Positions 6,532 to 8,013 of a DNA stretch of 8,013 nt are shown piece by piece. Position numbers and translations under genes: made by a program. Origin of the DNA: Geosiphon pyriformis uo1 (taxonomy: Eukaryota; Fungi; Glomeromycota). Below the pieces are notes generated by a model that was not told the DNA's origin, did no database searches, and saw nothing but the letters and a program-made list of their open reading frames with translations. Each line of letters begins with the position of its first letter. The first letter of the stretch is position 1. The DNA lies in assembly GCA_016748015.1 (NCBI GenBank), contig JAAOMT010000524.1, positions 1 to 8,013 on the forward strand, given 5' to 3'.

Positions 6532-8013
6532 GGCTAATAAACAGTGGCTTCAACTAAAGGATTCTCTCCAAAGAAATTGATGTTGGCATGATTGGGTTTT
6601 TGGTTGGGAATATTGTTGTTGTTGGGTCTGTTGTTCTGGGCATCATTGTTTTTGGAAACTGGTAGAGACAGTGGAGGATTGTTGCAATCTCTTGAAAAGT
6701 GTTTAGTTAATCCACAGCAATAGCATACAGGTGGGCCACAATTTTGTTGTCTTTGATAAAGTGGTTGCTGGGACTGATTGAAGCATGGTTCAAATCTGGG
6801 TCTTTGTGGTTGTTGATTTTCTCTGACTGCTTGGGCTAAAAGTTTTAATAACCGGGCAAGATTTGCTGTGAGTCTGTCTATTAACTGTTCATTTGAATCT
6901 TGAGTGTGAGTGGCAAAAGAAGTAGCAGCCATTTAAGAGGCAGGAGCCATGACAGGAACAAGAGCAAAAACTGGTAGTGTGGATCCCAAGTGCATTCTTT
7001 GGTTATCTTTAATTTTTTGTGCTAATTCAATGATCATATCCATGGTGGAGTTATTTTTTAGGGCCAGAAGAGGCCAAAGAGCATACGATAGATCAGTTCT
7101 CAATCCTTTTGTAAAGGAATGAATTTTCTGCTCTTCTGTCCAATTTCTCCTAGAGTCTACATGTTTGATTAGCTTTCTAATAGCTTTGGCATATTCAGTT
7201 ACTACTTTTCCAGGGCCTTGGGTTCTTCTTTCTAATTCCATATGCCATTTGGATATTAATATTGGGGTTCTGAACTTGGTCTCAAATTGGGTAGTGAAAA
7301 AGGTATTTTCTTCTCCAACATTGATTGGTGTCCATCTGATTATTCTGTGTTGAGCATTAGCATCTGTTTCTTGTGAGAACCAGATAGTAGGAAAGTCTTG
7401 GAGGTAGCCACCAATGATTTGGAACTTGTATTCTTTATCATACTGGTTGGCTGTGGCAGCTCTCTCAAAATCATTCAACCATTCAATTGGATCTTGTGCA
7501 TCACTTCTAAATAGTGGTAGTGGAGTATTGTTTCTTCTTCCTAGAGCAGTTTGTATATCTTGGAGGGCAGCCAGAATGTTTGCTTGTATGGGGTCATTAG
7601 TCATTGGTTCAGAGATAACTGTTTGTGTAGACAAGTCTGATTTACTTGATAAAAGGTCAAAAACAGGAGCAGTTTGGTAGCTTTCTTCTTCTGTTTCAAA
7701 GGGAGTTTCAGTTGCTTGATGGACAGCAATCCAAATGTGGATTTGATGATTCAGATATTCGAAATCAGGGGGCTGTTGTTCAAAGATTGCAGAATATAAG
7801 AGCTGATTGATACTGTTGTTTTTTTCTTCAAAGTCATTTTCAAAATAAACTGGGTCAAAGTAATAAATTGTATAAGCTGTATAGGTTTCAGCTGAATGCT
7901 CATTCAGGAACCAGTTTCAAAAGTCTTGGAATTGTCTACTGGATTGTTCTTCAAGGGGAAAGCAGATCAAGCAGAAAGGCAGAGGATTAAGTTCAATGAA
8001 ATCTAGGTTGTTT
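6519..8013 (-). pseudogene. gag: Gag polyprotein (N-terminus beyond the window): N-terminal extension, capsid, Q/N/P-rich linker and CCHC nucleocapsid
   Basis: One frame runs from the window edge to 6519 with three premature stops (7917 TGA, 6933 TAA, 6534 TAG). Motifs: LPLFRSDAQDPIEWLNDFERAA, MHR-like QGPGKVVTEYAKAIRKL, FTKGL, and the zinc knuckle. ORFs 6933..7634 and 6534..6932 are pieces of it. Confidence 0.9.
6684..6725 (-). other. CCHC zinc knuckle (Cx2Cx4Hx4C)
   Basis: CYCCGLTKHFSRDC. Confidence 0.93.

Larger units (their letters stand above)
1242..8013 (-). mobile_element. Ty3/Gypsy LTR retrotransposon, element A (decayed; 5' LTR and PBS lie beyond the right edge of the window)
   Basis: Minus-strand domain order is Gag(CCHC)-PR-RT-RNase H-IN, with integrase after RNase H as is diagnostic for Ty3/Gypsy. 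A purine tract and a TG...CA bounded segment follow. Confidence 0.95.

Noticed and set aside
6504-6542. 39-nt GT..AG intron joining gag and pol
   Set aside because: Removing it keeps the gag frame and hits a stop within 7 codons. The -1 slippery site explains the junction better.
2894-7680. Plus-strand ORFs 2894..3163, 3774..4064, 5203..5436, 5511..5741, 5881..6132, 7165..7353 and 7414..7680, and minus off-frame ORFs 3815..4006 and 4511..4696
   Set aside because: They are antisense or off-frame shadows of gag, pol and integrase with no independent motifs.

Overview
AT-rich, strongly CpG-depleted eukaryotic DNA made up entirely of two decayed Ty3/Gypsy (Metaviridae-type) LTR retrotransposons, both on the minus strand; a Glomeromycotina-like fungal host is my inference only. 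Element A (1242..>8013) reads, 5' to 3': gag with an N-terminal extension, capsid and CCHC knuckle; a U-UUA-AAC -1 frameshift signal with a downstream hairpin; pol (protease, an acidic plus Cys-rich insert, RT, RNase H) ending at TGA-TAA-TAA; an integrase that appears to be a separate ORF; an unexplained third ORF running through the PPT into the LTR; then the PPT and a 679-bp 3' LTR (1242..1920, TGTTAC...GTAACA). The LTR holds a 6x12-bp quasi-palindromic array, a TATA box, poly(A) signals and a structured U5 with a hammerhead-ribozyme-like core. Element A is inserted into the protease-RT spacer of a more degraded Gypsy, element B (1..1241). Both copies look dead, mainly through C>T/G>A transitions. 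The best novelty candidates are the uncoupled integrase, the extra 3' ORF, the Cys-rich Pol insert and the hammerhead-like LTR motif. All translations and pairings were done by hand, and no database searches were run.
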